The notes under the pieces were generated by a model. That model did not search any database, was not told where the DNA came from, and saw nothing but the letters and a program-made list of their open reading frames with translations. Below, in pieces: positions 9,515-20,024 of a stretch of 64,000 nucleotides of DNA (position 1 is its first letter; the number at the start of each line of letters is the position of its first letter). A program made the position numbers and the translations under genes. This stretch comes from an uncultured delta proteobacterium (GTDB taxonomy: Bacteria > Myxococcota_A > Polyangia > Polyangiales > B10-G4), in assembly GCA_963727445.1 (NCBI GenBank), contig CAVSGI010000009.1, positions 672,001 through 736,000 on the forward strand. Reading direction: 5' to 3'.

Positions 9515-9834
9515 GGCCGCGCCTCCAGGCGAAGCAGCGCTTTGGTTCGCGTCCGGGTTTCCCACGCGCAGATGGCTCGGCTCAGGCAGGGCGCCGCCGG
9601 CCTCGGATTTGCTGCCGGCGTGAAGCGCGCGAAGGTCGCGGCCGGCGGCGGCGCGGGCGTGAGTCGAAGGCCGACGCCGAGCGCCAGGCTACGCTGGCGC
9701 TTCGCGCCGGCCGGGCCGAGGGCGCCGCCGCTCTCCTCGTACCAGGCCTCGACGATCAACGAAGGGAGTTGGGGGCGAAGCGCGTGACACCCCGAGAGGC
9801 ACGCGCAGAGAGAGAGCAGAAGCGCTGGTCGCAT
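9511..9834 (-). CDS. Small hypothetical lipoprotein
   Basis: Lipobox LSGC, translationally coupled to the next gene. Confidence 0.5.
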   Translation of the reverse strand: MRPALLLSLCACLSGCHALRPQLPSLIVEAWYEESGGALGPAGAKRQRSLALGVGLRLTPAPPPAATFARFTPAANPRPAAPCLSRAICAWETRTRTKALLRLEARP

Positions 9835-9882
9835 GACCGTCCCTCATCGAGAGGTCGGCCGCTCAGTTGCGCCTTCGGGGAA

Positions 9883-10386
9883 TTAAAGCGCCAGCACCCG
9901 CGCGTGCGCGGCCGAGACGAAGCGCTCCCCGCGCCCGAGCCCCACCGCGGCGGTGCAGCGGGCGCCTCGCGGAACGTCCCGCACCAGCCACTCCCCCTCC
10001 GACGCCACATCCCCTTTTTCGTGGACCTGCGAAGCGACCACCTGCGCCTCGTCCCGTGCCACCACGACCAGGCGGGCGCGGAGCTCGCCCTCTTCGCCGA
10101 GCACGCGCCTGGCCCGGTCGAGGGCCTCCTCGGTCAGGGTCCAACTGAGGCGCACCCCGCCGCCATCCATCGCGCTCACGGCGACCGGCTCGACCTCTTC
10201 GAAGCTCGGCACCGAAGGCCGTCGAGGGCTGGGCGTCGTGAAGGCCGGCCGCCGTGCCTCTTGCCCATCCGTTGCCTCGGGCGACGGTGGAGGTCGGCTC
10301 GTACCGAGCGCCGCGTCCACCACCCGTCCGACGACCTTGCCGAGGAGCTTTCTCAGGGGACCCTGCGTGTCGTCCTTCATAGCCAT
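9883..10386 (-). CDS. Hypothetical protein, DUF4912-like C-terminal domain
   Basis: Overlaps the ribF 3' end; VAVSAMDGGGVRLSW...GEWLVRDVPRGARCTAAVG pattern. Confidence 0.55.
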   Translation of the reverse strand: MAMKDDTQGPLRKLLGKVVGRVVDAALGTSRPPPSPEATDGQEARRPAFTTPSPRRPSVPSFEEVEPVAVSAMDGGGVRLSWTLTEEALDRARRVLGEEGELRARLVVVARDEAQVVASQVHEKGDVASEGEWLVRDVPRGARCTAAVGLGRGERFVSAAHARVLAL

Positions 10387-11294
10387 CGCCAGCTCTCCCC
10401 TCCGTCCGCCGCGAGGATGGACTTCGCTTCCTGTGCGTCTCGGCCGATCTGCGCCACGAGCGCTTCGAGCCCATCGAACTTCTGCTCGCCCCGGATGCGG
10501 GCGACGAAGCCGACCCGCAGCTCCGCATCGTAGACGTCGCGATCGAAGTCGAAAAGGTGGACCTCCACCGAGCGCCCGGCCTCGAAGGTGGGGCGGACGC
10601 CCAGGTTCGCCACGCCCCGGATCAGCGCTTCCTCACCCACGACCTTGGCGACGACTGCGTACACGCCGTCGGCCGGGAGCACCACCGCTTCTGCGTCCAG
10701 GTTCGCGGTCGGAAAGCCGATGGTCCGGCCCCGTCGATCGCCCTCCACCACGCGTCCCGTGACGTCCGGAACGCGACCCAGCAGACGACGCGCGCCCGCC
10801 ACGTCCCCCTCCGAGAGCAGGGTGCGGATGCGCGTCGACGAGACGCGCTCACCGTCGATCTCCACCGGTGGCACGGAGGTCACGTCGAACCCGTGCTCGG
10901 CGCCGAGAGACTCGAGTGTCGACACGTCGCCTGCGCGCCCTTTCCCGAAGCGAAAGTCGGGTCCCACCACCACCGCCTTCGTCCTCAGGCTGCCGATGAG
11001 GATGCGCTCGACGAACTGCTCCGGGGAGAGCGAAGCGAAGGCGCGATCGAAGGGCTGGCGTCGCACGCGATCGGCGCCCAGCGCCAGCAGGAGCTCGGTC
11101 CGGCGCTCCGGGGTGGTGAGCACGGGGGGGGCCCGGTCGGGGGCGAGGACGGCGCCCGGGTGGGGATCGAAGAAGAGGGCGACGGTGTCCAGCTCGTCCC
11201 TTGCCCGTGCGACCCCCGCGTCGAGCAGGGCGCGGTGACCGAGGTGGACGCCATCGTGGTTTCCCGGGACGACGACGGCGGGCCGATGGCTCAT
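10377..11294 (-). CDS. ribF: Bifunctional riboflavin kinase / FAD synthetase
   Basis: GNHDGVHLGH, FFDPHP, GPDFRFG, VSSTRIR, GRTIGFPTAN, GVRPTF, EVHLFDF motifs. Confidence 0.97.
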   Translation of the reverse strand: MSHRPAVVVPGNHDGVHLGHRALLDAGVARARDELDTVALFFDPHPGAVLAPDRAPPVLTTPERRTELLLALGADRVRRQPFDRAFASLSPEQFVERILIGSLRTKAVVVGPDFRFGKGRAGDVSTLESLGAEHGFDVTSVPPVEIDGERVSSTRIRTLLSEGDVAGARRLLGRVPDVTGRVVEGDRRGRTIGFPTANLDAEAVVLPADGVYAVVAKVVGEEALIRGVANLGVRPTFEAGRSVEVHLFDFDRDVYDAELRVGFVARIRGEQKFDGLEALVAQIGRDAQEAKSILAADGGESWRWL

Positions 11295-11379
11295 CGCCGC
11301 CGATTATCCCCTCGAGACGCCGGGGGTCAATCTCGCTGCCCTTGCGCGAAACCCGCAGCGACGCCAAAGTTCAAGTCTG

Positions 11380-12033
11380 ATGGCGTGGTTGTTCGTCGCC
11401 GTCGCGTGCGGCATCGGGGTGGCCCTCTTGTATTGGGCTCGGCGGCGGAGCCGCGTCCTGCGTCCCATGCGCGAAGCGGCGCCAGGCCGAAGCGTGGCGG
11501 AGCTCTCGGCAGGTCGTTTCCGCGTCGTTGGACGGATCGTGCCCATCCAGACCAGCGCGTCGCGCATCGACGAGAGCCCCTGTGTCTTCGTCGAGCGCGC
11601 GGTCTACCGCACCGTGGGCTCGGACCTGGTGCCGCTCCTCAAGCAGGTGAGCCACGTCGTGCGGGCGCATCCGTTCTTCCTCGACGACGGGACGGGACGC
11701 GTGATGGTCGATCCCAGCAGCGCCGTGGTGGACGCCGTCACGCTGGTGGAGGACGAAGGGCTCCTCGCCGAGCGACGTCTCCGCGTGGGCGAGGAGGTCG
11801 AGGTCGTCGCGCGCTTCGCGCTGCGCGAAGCGGAGAGCGATGGCGGGCCTTATCGCGCGGGCTCGCTGGCTTGGGAAGCGGTCGCTGACGGCGAGCTCTT
11901 GCCGCAGATCGGCTACTGCGCCGTTCCGACCTCCATCGTCGCTGCCGACGAAGTGACCATCTTCCTCCGGGGCCTGGCCTCGTTCCTCTTCGCGGCCGCG
12001 GCCATTCTCTGCCTGGCTATCAGCGCCTTCTGA
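11380..12033 (+). CDS. Membrane protein with GIDE-like (E3-ligase-associated) domain
   Basis: N- and C-terminal TM helices, PFFLDDGTGRVMVDP and ERRLRVGEEVEV motifs, GGPYR. Confidence 0.65.
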   Translation: MAWLFVAVACGIGVALLYWARRRSRVLRPMREAAPGRSVAELSAGRFRVVGRIVPIQTSASRIDESPCVFVERAVYRTVGSDLVPLLKQVSHVVRAHPFFLDDGTGRVMVDPSSAVVDAVTLVEDEGLLAERRLRVGEEVEVVARFALREAESDGGPYRAGSLAWEAVADGELLPQIGYCAVPTSIVAADEVTIFLRGLASFLFAAAAILCLAISAF

Positions 12034-12089
12034 CAATTCCACAGGGGTCACGGCGAGTAGTGCTGGCGCCGGCGTGCTAGAACGCCTGC

Positions 12090-14054
12090 GTGCGCGCCGC
12101 GCTCGTGTCGATCGCGATCCTGTTGGCCACGCCGGTGGCGCGCGCCGATCTGCCAGCGCTCACCGGACCCACGGCGCGACAGGATCTCTCCGACTCGGAC
12201 AGCGCGGTGCGACGAGAGGCAGCGCGGACCCTCGGCTACTTCGGCGAGCACCGCGCCGCGGTCGAAGCGTTGATCGGCGCGTTCCCCGGCGAACGCGATA
12301 CGGTGGTGCGCCGCGAGATCGTTCTCGCCCTCGCCCGTCGCGGTGATCCACGCGCCATCCCCGTGTTGGCCGAGGCGCTCTCCACGCCGGGGGCGCCGAA
12401 TCGCGCCGTGGTGGCCCACGTGCTGTCGAGCTTTCCTCATGATGCGTCGATCGAGGCGCTGGTGGAAGCGCTCGCGACGAACGACACCCGAGAGGCTGCC
12501 CGGGCGGCGCTGGTGTCGATCGGGCCCCGTGCCGTTCCCGCGCTCCTTCTGGCCGCCGCGCAGAGAGAGCCGTCCCTACCAGCGGTCGAGGCCCTGGGAG
12601 AGATCGGCGATCAACGCGCGCTGCCGCTCCTGATCGACTTCACACGAAGCGACGCCGCCACTCTCCGCGCGGCGGCGGTTCGCGCGATCGCCGCCATGCG
12701 CGCAGAGCGAGGCGGCCCGGCGGTGGCCGCCCTGGTGGACGACGGTGAAACCGACGTGCGCCTCGCCGCGGTGCTGGCGCTGGGCGTCGTCGGCGGTCCC
12801 CCTCACGTCGAGAAGCTGAAGGCGAAGCTCGCCGGGGACGATCTGTCGATGAAGCGCGCGGCCCTCCGAGCGCTGAGCGAGCTTTCACCGGACGACGCGA
12901 TCCCCTACCTCGAGCGGTTCGCCCGTCTCGGAGATCCGGTCATGGGGCCCCTCGCCATCGAGCTCGTGCTCGGGCTGCGCGTCCCTTCCGCCGCGCCGCT
13001 GCTGCATGGCCTCCTGCGCGAGGGGAGCCGCGCGCAGGAAGCCGCCAGCGGGCTCGCGGAGCTCGAGAGCGGCAGCGGGCTCGCGGTGCTGGTCCACGTG
13101 GCTTCCGAAGACGAGAGCACGCCCGGGGTGACGCGCGCGCTCTCCGTCTGCCTTCGTCACTACGCCGACGTCGCCGACCGGGACCTCGTCGCGCGGGCGC
13201 GGGAGATCCTCTCTCACGGGAGCGGCGCGCGCGCCCTGCTCCTGCGTGCGATCGCCCGAGACGATTCCGTGACCTCTGCCGTCTCACGCTGGCTCATCGA
13301 GGGCGACCCGGAGCAGCGCGCGGTCGCCGCGTTGGCCGCGGAGGTGGATCCCCGCGAGGACTATGTCGACCCATTGCTCGCCGCGGTCCACGAGGAACAT
13401 GACGCAGAGGCTTACCGGCGAATGGCATCGGCGCTCGTCGCGCAGCGCATCTCCGTCGCGGCACCCGTCCTGCTGATCGCGCGCTTCGACGATCCCGCCG
13501 TGGGTGCGGAAGCCATGGCGCTCGCCGCCGAGGCGTACCCTCGCGCCGAACGCTGGGATCAGCGCCGCCTGGGCGCAGCGTTTCGGCGCGTCCTTCGCGC
13601 GCCCGACGTTCGGCTTCGCGCCGGTGCGGCCTGGGCCCTCGCCAAAGCGGGGGACCGCGACGCGCACCGCCCGCTCTCGGAGGCGCTCGACGATCCCGCT
13701 CCCGAGGTCCGGCACGCCGCCGCCCGGGCGCTCTCGGCGCTCGGCGCCAGCGTGGCCCGGGGCGCCATCGAACGCCGTCTTCGGGTCGAGGAGGACGCGG
13801 TGGTGAGCCAGGCGCTCCGAGACGCGGCGACCATGGCGCGCCCCTTTCCCGCTCGCGGGCTCTCGGGTGATCAGGTGTTGCGGGTGCGGATCGTGCGGGG
13901 CGCTGCCATCTCGGACAGCCGCATACCGGTCGATGTGGTGCTTCCCGACGGCCGTTTTTCACGCATGCGCACGCTGTCGAGCGGTGAGCTGCTGATCGTC
14001 GATCTTCCATCCGGAAGCGCGGACGTCCGGGTGCGGGTCGGCGGCTCGTCTTGA
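12090..14054 (+). CDS. Secreted HEAT/PBS-lyase repeat protein
   Basis: Signal peptide; many VRxxAAxALG repeats. Confidence 0.9.
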   Translation: MRAALVSIAILLATPVARADLPALTGPTARQDLSDSDSAVRREAARTLGYFGEHRAAVEALIGAFPGERDTVVRREIVLALARRGDPRAIPVLAEALSTPGAPNRAVVAHVLSSFPHDASIEALVEALATNDTREAARAALVSIGPRAVPALLLAAAQREPSLPAVEALGEIGDQRALPLLIDFTRSDAATLRAAAVRAIAAMRAERGGPAVAALVDDGETDVRLAAVLALGVVGGPPHVEKLKAKLAGDDLSMKRAALRALSELSPDDAIPYLERFARLGDPVMGPLAIELVLGLRVPSAAPLLHGLLREGSRAQEAASGLAELESGSGLAVLVHVASEDESTPGVTRALSVCLRHYADVADRDLVARAREILSHGSGARALLLRAIARDDSVTSAVSRWLIEGDPEQRAVAALAAEVDPREDYVDPLLAAVHEEHDAEAYRRMASALVAQRISVAAPVLLIARFDDPAVGAEAMALAAEAYPRAERWDQRRLGAAFRRVLRAPDVRLRAGAAWALAKAGDRDAHRPLSEALDDPAPEVRHAAARALSALGASVARGAIERRLRVEEDAVVSQALRDAATMARPFPARGLSGDQVLRVRIVRGAAISDSRIPVDVVLPDGRFSRMRTLSSGELLIVDLPSGSADVRVRVGGSS

Positions 14055-14626
14055 ACTTCCGCCGGACAAATCCCAGAGTCCCCCTCGTGCGATCCGCCTC
14101 GCTCGCGCTTCTCCTGAGCACGCTGCTCCTCGCCGCGTGCGGCAATCCGAGCCGGCAGGAGCTCCTGACGCCCTACGATCCACCCGGGGGGGAATACCGC
14201 GTCTACTATCTCGCGCCGCCCTGGGAGCTCCAGGAGGCCGACGGCACCTACCTTCGCCTCGAGATCCCGGCGACCAGTGTGCGCCTCGGCCGTCTCGATG
14301 CGGGCACGGTGCCGCCGAGGTTTCTCTGCGAGGTGGACGTGTCCACCGGCACCGCCGCCAATCGCGCGCGTCGCGACGAGCGGGATGCGCGCACTTCCGG
14401 CGCCGAGGTCGTGCGCGGATCCACGGCGGTCACGACCCGTGACGGGACGACCGGCGTGGACCTGGTGGTCGCGCGCCTCGCGATGGACCGCACGCGTTTC
14501 TCCCGCACCGTCTATCTCGACCGTTCGGGCGGAGGCGTCGTGCGAATGTACTTCGAAGCCAACGACAATCTTCAGAACCCCGAGGTCGACGCGATGATCG
14601 CCGACGTGCAGGTCGATCCGGAATGA
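14051..14626 (+). CDS. Hypothetical lipoprotein (start may be GTG 14087)
   Basis: Lipobox LAAC; overlaps the flanking genes. Confidence 0.7.
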   Translation: MNFRRTNPRVPLVRSASLALLLSTLLLAACGNPSRQELLTPYDPPGGEYRVYYLAPPWELQEADGTYLRLEIPATSVRLGRLDAGTVPPRFLCEVDVSTGTAANRARRDERDARTSGAEVVRGSTAVTTRDGTTGVDLVVARLAMDRTRFSRTVYLDRSGGGVVRMYFEANDNLQNPEVDAMIADVQVDPE

Positions 14627-15358
14627 AGTGGCTCTTTCCGATCGCCCTCGTCCTCGCGCTCGCCACCGAAGCCTCGGCGCAAGAGGACCTCACCCCCCCG
14701 CCGAGCTCCGGGACGGCAATCGGGCAGATGGCGACGGGGACGAGAGACGGACGCGGCGACGGAAACGGACACGCAGACCGAGACGGACACGGAGACGGAC
14801 GCCACGCTCTCCGGTGCCCTGGGCAATCCCCACCGCCACTACGCGCTCTCCCCCTCGGCTTCCGCCGACGAAGGCGGGGGCGAAGAAGAGGAAGAGGAAG
14901 AGGCCGAGCCTTGGATGGGGCCCGCGGTGGAGCTCGGCTACACCCATTACAACCTCTACGACGGGGCCAACGGCGGGGACGTCCACGCCGGGACCTTTGG
15001 CGGCTTCCTGCCTTTCTTCCCGATCCGCATCGGGGGTTGGGCGGAGCTCGGGACGCGCAAGTACTCCCTCGGCAGCGACGACTTCATCGCCCGGGCGAAC
15101 ATCATCGCCGGCTACCAGTACTTCGGATGGCGTCCTTTCGCCCCCTACGTGGGCGCCACGGCCAGCGTCGGGGTCACTTTCGGGCGGCGTTTCGCCACCT
15201 CCCAAGCGTGGGGATTCGGGGGGGGTGGGATCGAGGTGGGGGCCGATCTCAACCTCGTCAGAAATCTATGGGTGGGCCTGTCCGCCGGCTACCAACGAGT
15301 CGCCATGGCAGGATCGGGCTTCGATCTCTGGGTTTTCAGGGTTCGACTGGGTCTTTAG
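14623..15358 (+). CDS. Small outer-membrane beta-barrel protein, one frameshift near 14742
   Basis: Signal peptide in ORF 14623. After a 1-nt shift the frame continues ETDAATETDTQ...EEEEAEPWMGPAVELG into ORF 14915-15358, which has alternating beta strands ending WVFRVRLGL. Confidence 0.7.
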
Positions 15359-15446
15359 GAGGCGATCCGAGGCCCGCGATTCTTCGGCGTTTGTCGGATC
15401 GCAAGCATTGACCAAAACCCTGGGATTCCGGCATCGTACTCCGAAC

Positions 15447-15707
15447 GTGGGAAAGGAGCCGACGAGCCAGACGCCCGCACAGGCCGAACCGTCTTTCGAG
15501 GACATCCTCGTCCGCCTCTCCGAGGTGGTCGAGAACCTCGAAGGAGGCGAGCTTCCTCTGTCGCAGTCTCTGGAGATCTTCGAGGAGGGCGTTCGCTTGT
15601 CCCGCCTCGGAGCGCGCCATTTGGACGAGGCCGAGGCAAGGATCGAGCAGTTGCTCTCCGACGATGAGGGCGTACGCACCCGTCCGCTGAGGAACCCCGA
15701 TGAGTGA
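15447..15707 (+). CDS. xseB: Exodeoxyribonuclease VII small subunit
   Basis: SFEDILVRLSEVVENLEGGELPLSQSLEIFEEGVRLSRLGARHLDEAEARIEQL; GTG start at 15447. Confidence 0.95.
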   Translation: MGKEPTSQTPAQAEPSFEDILVRLSEVVENLEGGELPLSQSLEIFEEGVRLSRLGARHLDEAEARIEQLLSDDEGVRTRPLRNPDE

Positions 15708-17115
15708 GACTCCGCAACTTACGGTCCCGACCGCCTTCAACGACATCTCCCAGCTGGCTGAGGGGATGAGCGATCGCGTCGACGAAGAGCGCCTGATGCT
15801 CTACGGCCCCGACCCCGTCGACGACAACAGCTGGATTCGTTTCTCCGTGCTGCTCATGGATCAGTCCGTGGCGCTCGCCGGTGTCGGTCGCGCGGTGGCG
15901 TCAATCGATGGTGGCGAGGAGCGACCCGAGGTCGCGCGCTTCGACATCGTCCTCGACAACCTGCAGTTCGAAGGGACGAGCGAGGTCGTCTACGAGCGCA
16001 TGCTGGTCTACCGCTCGCAGGCCTTCTCCGAGGGCCCGGGCACCGGCGAGGTGAGCCGCGAAGAGGTCGACGCGGCCGAAGCCGCGCTCGCCGACGACGA
16101 CTTCGAGGGCGACGACGCGACCATGGTCGCGTCAGCCGAGGAGTACGCCGAGCACGTGCAGGCCACCGCGGACGAGGAGCCCGCCGCGGCGGAGGCATAC
16201 GCGGAGCCTGCGCCCGAAGAGGCGTACGCGGAGCCTGCGCCCGAAGAGTACGCGGAGCCCGCGGCCGAAGAGGCGTACGCGGAGGTCGCGCCCGAAGAAG
16301 GGCTGCCGGACTTCGCCGAGGACATGGGCGAGGTCGCCACCGTCGTGGGTGAGACTCCGAGCGAGCAGGTCGTCGCCGACGCCTATGACGAGGGCGGCTA
16401 CGAGGAGCCCGCGGCTTCGGAGTTCGACGCGGTGCAAGACGACGTCGTCGACGACTACCAGCCCGCGGCGACGAACGCCGAGAGCTTCGCCGACGTACAG
16501 ACCGAGGACATCGAGGGCCCTGCGGATTGGGGGACCAGCGAAATCGACGTCTCGCAGGTCGACGAGGTGGTGGAAGGCGACGTGCCTCCCTCCGCGGCGC
16601 CGCCCGCTCCGCCCGCCGCGCCCGCCGGTTTCTCCATCGAGACCACCGATCGCGCGCTGACGCGCGCCTCTCGCGGCGCGACCTGGGAACCGAACCTCGC
16701 CCTCGCCCCGGAGCCCCGGGCTCCCAGCGGTCTGTTCCCCTACGCGAGCGGTCTGCCGGTGCCGGAGCACGCGCCCCGTCCGGATCTCGACCCCAGCTAC
16801 CACATCCAGCCGGCGCCCCGTCCGGTGGAGGCGTCGGGTGACTCGACCGACCTCGAGTCCGCGGCGGTCCAGGACGACAGCGGCTATGACGAGGGCGGCT
16901 ACGAGGAAGCACAAGCCGTGGAAGACGTGGAAGATGTCTCCGCCGAGGCGGCGCCGGTGGACGTCGGCGAGCTCAGCTACGACGACGCCTACGCCGAGCC
17001 GGACGACGCCGCGGCCTTCGACGACGCCTCGACCGAGATCGTCGAAGACTCGGAAGCCTACGAGGACTCCGAGGCCACCCGGATGGACCTCGAAGCCCCC
17101 GACGACCCTCAGTAG
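15700..17115 (+). CDS. Protein with degenerate PilZ-like N-terminal domain and long acidic disordered tail
   Basis: N-terminal ~110 aa (IRFSVLLMDQSVALAGVGRAV) resembles myxobacterial PilZ-like domains; the rest is very E/D/A/P-rich with YAEPAPEE repeats. Confidence 0.7.
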   Translation: MSETPQLTVPTAFNDISQLAEGMSDRVDEERLMLYGPDPVDDNSWIRFSVLLMDQSVALAGVGRAVASIDGGEERPEVARFDIVLDNLQFEGTSEVVYERMLVYRSQAFSEGPGTGEVSREEVDAAEAALADDDFEGDDATMVASAEEYAEHVQATADEEPAAAEAYAEPAPEEAYAEPAPEEYAEPAAEEAYAEVAPEEGLPDFAEDMGEVATVVGETPSEQVVADAYDEGGYEEPAASEFDAVQDDVVDDYQPAATNAESFADVQTEDIEGPADWGTSEIDVSQVDEVVEGDVPPSAAPPAPPAAPAGFSIETTDRALTRASRGATWEPNLALAPEPRAPSGLFPYASGLPVPEHAPRPDLDPSYHIQPAPRPVEASGDSTDLESAAVQDDSGYDEGGYEEAQAVEDVEDVSAEAAPVDVGELSYDDAYAEPDDAAAFDDASTEIVEDSEAYEDSEATRMDLEAPDDPQ

Positions 17116-17160
17116 CAGGCCGGGGACGAAGTCGCGGGCCTTCTCCTCACCCGTGCCGCG

Positions 17161-19427
17161 TCACTGCACGTAGCCGAGCGCTTCGAGCTGTGACTCGAGC
17201 TCTTCGTCGATCTGGATGGTCTCCGGTCGATGTCGGCGGCGGTCGCGCGCGCGATGCGAATCGTCCGTCGCCGCCATGGCGAGGCCGAGCAGACCGCGGG
17301 CGAGCCGCACGGCCACCGGTCGCTCGGCGGCGAGGTCGTGCGCCTCGTGCGGATCGGCAGCGAGGTCGTAGATCCGGGGTGCCCGCGTCGTCTGCTGGAT
17401 CAGCTTGGTGTTTCCGATGACGATGGCGCGCCAGTTCTCCATGAAACCGGAGATCGTGTAGCGCGGCGCCGGCTCGTCGCTCCCGAGGAGCGCGGGCATC
17501 GGCGATCGGCCCGGCAGCTCCTCGGGGATCGGCTGCCCGAGGGCGTCGAGGATGGTCGGCACCACGTCGCACGAGGCCCACGGGGGCGTCGATCCGCGCC
17601 GGCGCGAGGCCGGGCGATCCGAACGAAGTAGCGGGATGTGCAGGAGCTCTTCGTAGACGCTGTGGCCGTGGCCGACCGAGCCGTGGTCCCAGAACTCCTC
17701 GCCGTGGTCGGCGGTGACCACCACCATCGTGCTGTCGTCGAGGCCGCGCCGCGTCAGGCCGTCGAGGATCGCGGCGAAGTGGACGTCGTGGTAGCTGATC
17801 TCGCCGTCGTAGAGCGCCTCGAGGTGGCTGCGGTCGGCGGCGGTCGGTGCGGGTGCGCCGGTCTTGACCTCTCTCGAGGAGGGTCGGCGTCGCGGCGAAA
17901 GCTGCAGCGGCCCGCGATACGGCGTCTCCTCGTACATCCGCAGGTATCGTCTGGCGGCCGGTAGGGGACGTGCGGGATCGATGGTGTGAACGTAGAGGAA
18001 GAAGGGCTTGTCCTCGGGGCGCGCATCGAGCCACGCGAGGACGTCGGCGGCGACGTGCTCGGCATCGGTCCGGCGGCTTTCGCGGATGTAGTTGCGGTAG
18101 GTGTCCCAGCCCTGGCGGAACCCGAAGCGGCCTGCGAGACGTAGCCGTTGGCGATGAACGAGCCCGTGTGAAGCCGCGCTCCTTCAGCATCTCGGGCAGC
18201 AGGGTCACGCTCCGAGGCACCACCGCCTCTCCGGTCACCGCCGTGTGCTGCCAGGGCATGAGGCCGCTCAGGAGCGTCGCCACGCTCGGCTTCGTCCAGT
18301 TCTCGTTGGTGTGGCCCCGGAGGAAGGTGACGGCGCCCTCGGTGAAGTGGTCGAGGCCCGGGGTCCGCACGCGGGTCTCGGGCGCGTAGGGGTGGAGCTT
18401 GTCGGCGCGCAGGGTGTCGATGAGGTAGACCAGGACGTTTTCGGGTCGCGCCGGCAGGGCCCGCGCCTCGACGCCGTCGGTGGTGACGATGGAAGGACGA
18501 CCCACCATCACCTCGCCATCCGTCGCGGCGAGATTCGAGGCGCACGAGCTCGCCTTCGAAGGCGCCGAGGTCGACGTCGAGCAATCCCGCCGCATGCGTG
18601 CCCAGGCGCGCCGGCTCGGCGCCGTCCCGCACGAGCGTCAGCCCGAGGCGGCCTTCGCCCGCGACCACGCCGCGCAGGCGCGCGGCCGGCGGCACCTCGA
18701 AGGCATACCCGGCGCGCTGTCGTGGAAGGAAGCGGAGCGCCGGGTGCTCACCGAGGCGCGCGGCGGGGGAGGGCGGCGGCTGATCGGAAGGGGGCGAGGC
18801 GGGGGTCCCGATCTTCACCCACTCGACGAAGAGGCCGACCCGGCCGAGATCTTCGATCTCGCGGCTGTGGCCGGTGCGGAGCAACAAGACGTTGTCGCCG
18901 GGCGAGAGTCGGCCTTCGGGGATCTCGAAGCGAACCGTGGTGTAGGCGCTCGGGGCGACCTCGACCTCCCCGATGGGCTCGCCCTCGATGTAGGCTCGGA
19001 GCGTACCGGGGCCGGCGCCGCGCACACGCATCGATATCAGGGCGGCCCCATCGCTCTCCGCCGGCAGATGGAGCCGGCCCGATCGTCCGAGGACCACGCC
19101 GGTGGTGCTGCCGTCCACCGTCACGGCGGCGCGGGTTCCGCTGAGCCAGCCGCCGGAGGTGTACTTGGCGCCCCCCGGTACGCGAAGATCGAGGACCCGG
19201 CTCTCGCCTTCGAAGAGCTCCGCGCGTTCGACGTGGGCGGCGAGATCGTAGCTCTGGCGACCTGCGACGAGCTCGCGGGCTCTGGGAGCCTCGGCGGTGG
19301 CGGATTCTCCGCCTCGCGATTGGGAAAGGGCCGGCTCGGTCGCGGTGGCCTCCGGCGTGGAGGTCGGCTCCGTGGGCCTGGGGCCGCATGCGATGAGCAC
19401 GGTCCAGAGAAGGGTGATCACGGACAT
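17161..19427 (-). CDS. Sulfatase-like (alkaline phosphatase superfamily) lipoprotein, broken by multiple frameshifts
   Basis: Lipobox VLIAC, NVLVYLIDTLRADKL, NWTKPSVATLLSG, YDGEISYHD, TADHGEEFWDHG and QLEALGY, spread over ORFs 17754-19502, 17147-18595 and 17161-17937. Confidence 0.85.
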
Positions 19428-19510
19428 CGCGCTGGAGGGTAGCGTCAAAGCACACCTTCCTATAACGTCCGATGAATCGGAGGGGGTGTCGCCCCGTCCC
19501 AAGAGGACCG

Positions 19511-19852
19511 ATGACTGGGAGCCATCGCAACAATGGGAATCGCACGTCGATCTTCGCCCTGGTCGTGGCGGGGATCCTCCTGCTGAGCCCAGCCGTGGCG
19601 TTGGCCGATGCGCTGGTGGTGGTGCGCCTCCGTGGAGAGGATCCGTCGGAGGGCACGGTGACCCTCACCGCGCGCCAGGGCGAATCCACCTACAGCTGCC
19701 ATACTCATGAGGGAACGTGCCGGATGGACGAGGTCCCCGGGGGCAGTTATTCGGTGCGATTTCAGCCGGATGAGGGCGATCCCGGGCCCGTGAGCCACGC
19801 GATGATCCCCCCGACCGGCACCGTCACGCTCCACGTCGCGACCCACCACTGA
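19511..19852 (+). CDS. Small secreted carboxypeptidase-regulatory-like domain protein
   Basis: AGAGGA RBS, signal peptide, GTCRMDEVPGGSYSVRF. Confidence 0.7.
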   Translation: MTGSHRNNGNRTSIFALVVAGILLLSPAVALADALVVVRLRGEDPSEGTVTLTARQGESTYSCHTHEGTCRMDEVPGGSYSVRFQPDEGDPGPVSHAMIPPTGTVTLHVATHH

Positions 19853-20024
19853 GCGCCTGAGCGCCGTCTGGGGACCCTTCGCCGAGACGCGTCCGCGCAT
19901 GTGGGCGGAGCGTTGGCGGAAGCCCCGAAACGATGGACGTTTCCGGAGAGGCAGTGTATGACAGCGCCCGGAAGGAGGGGGCTCTCGAGGCCAGCTCGGG
20001 GCTCTTCCTGGCAAGGAGCATGGG

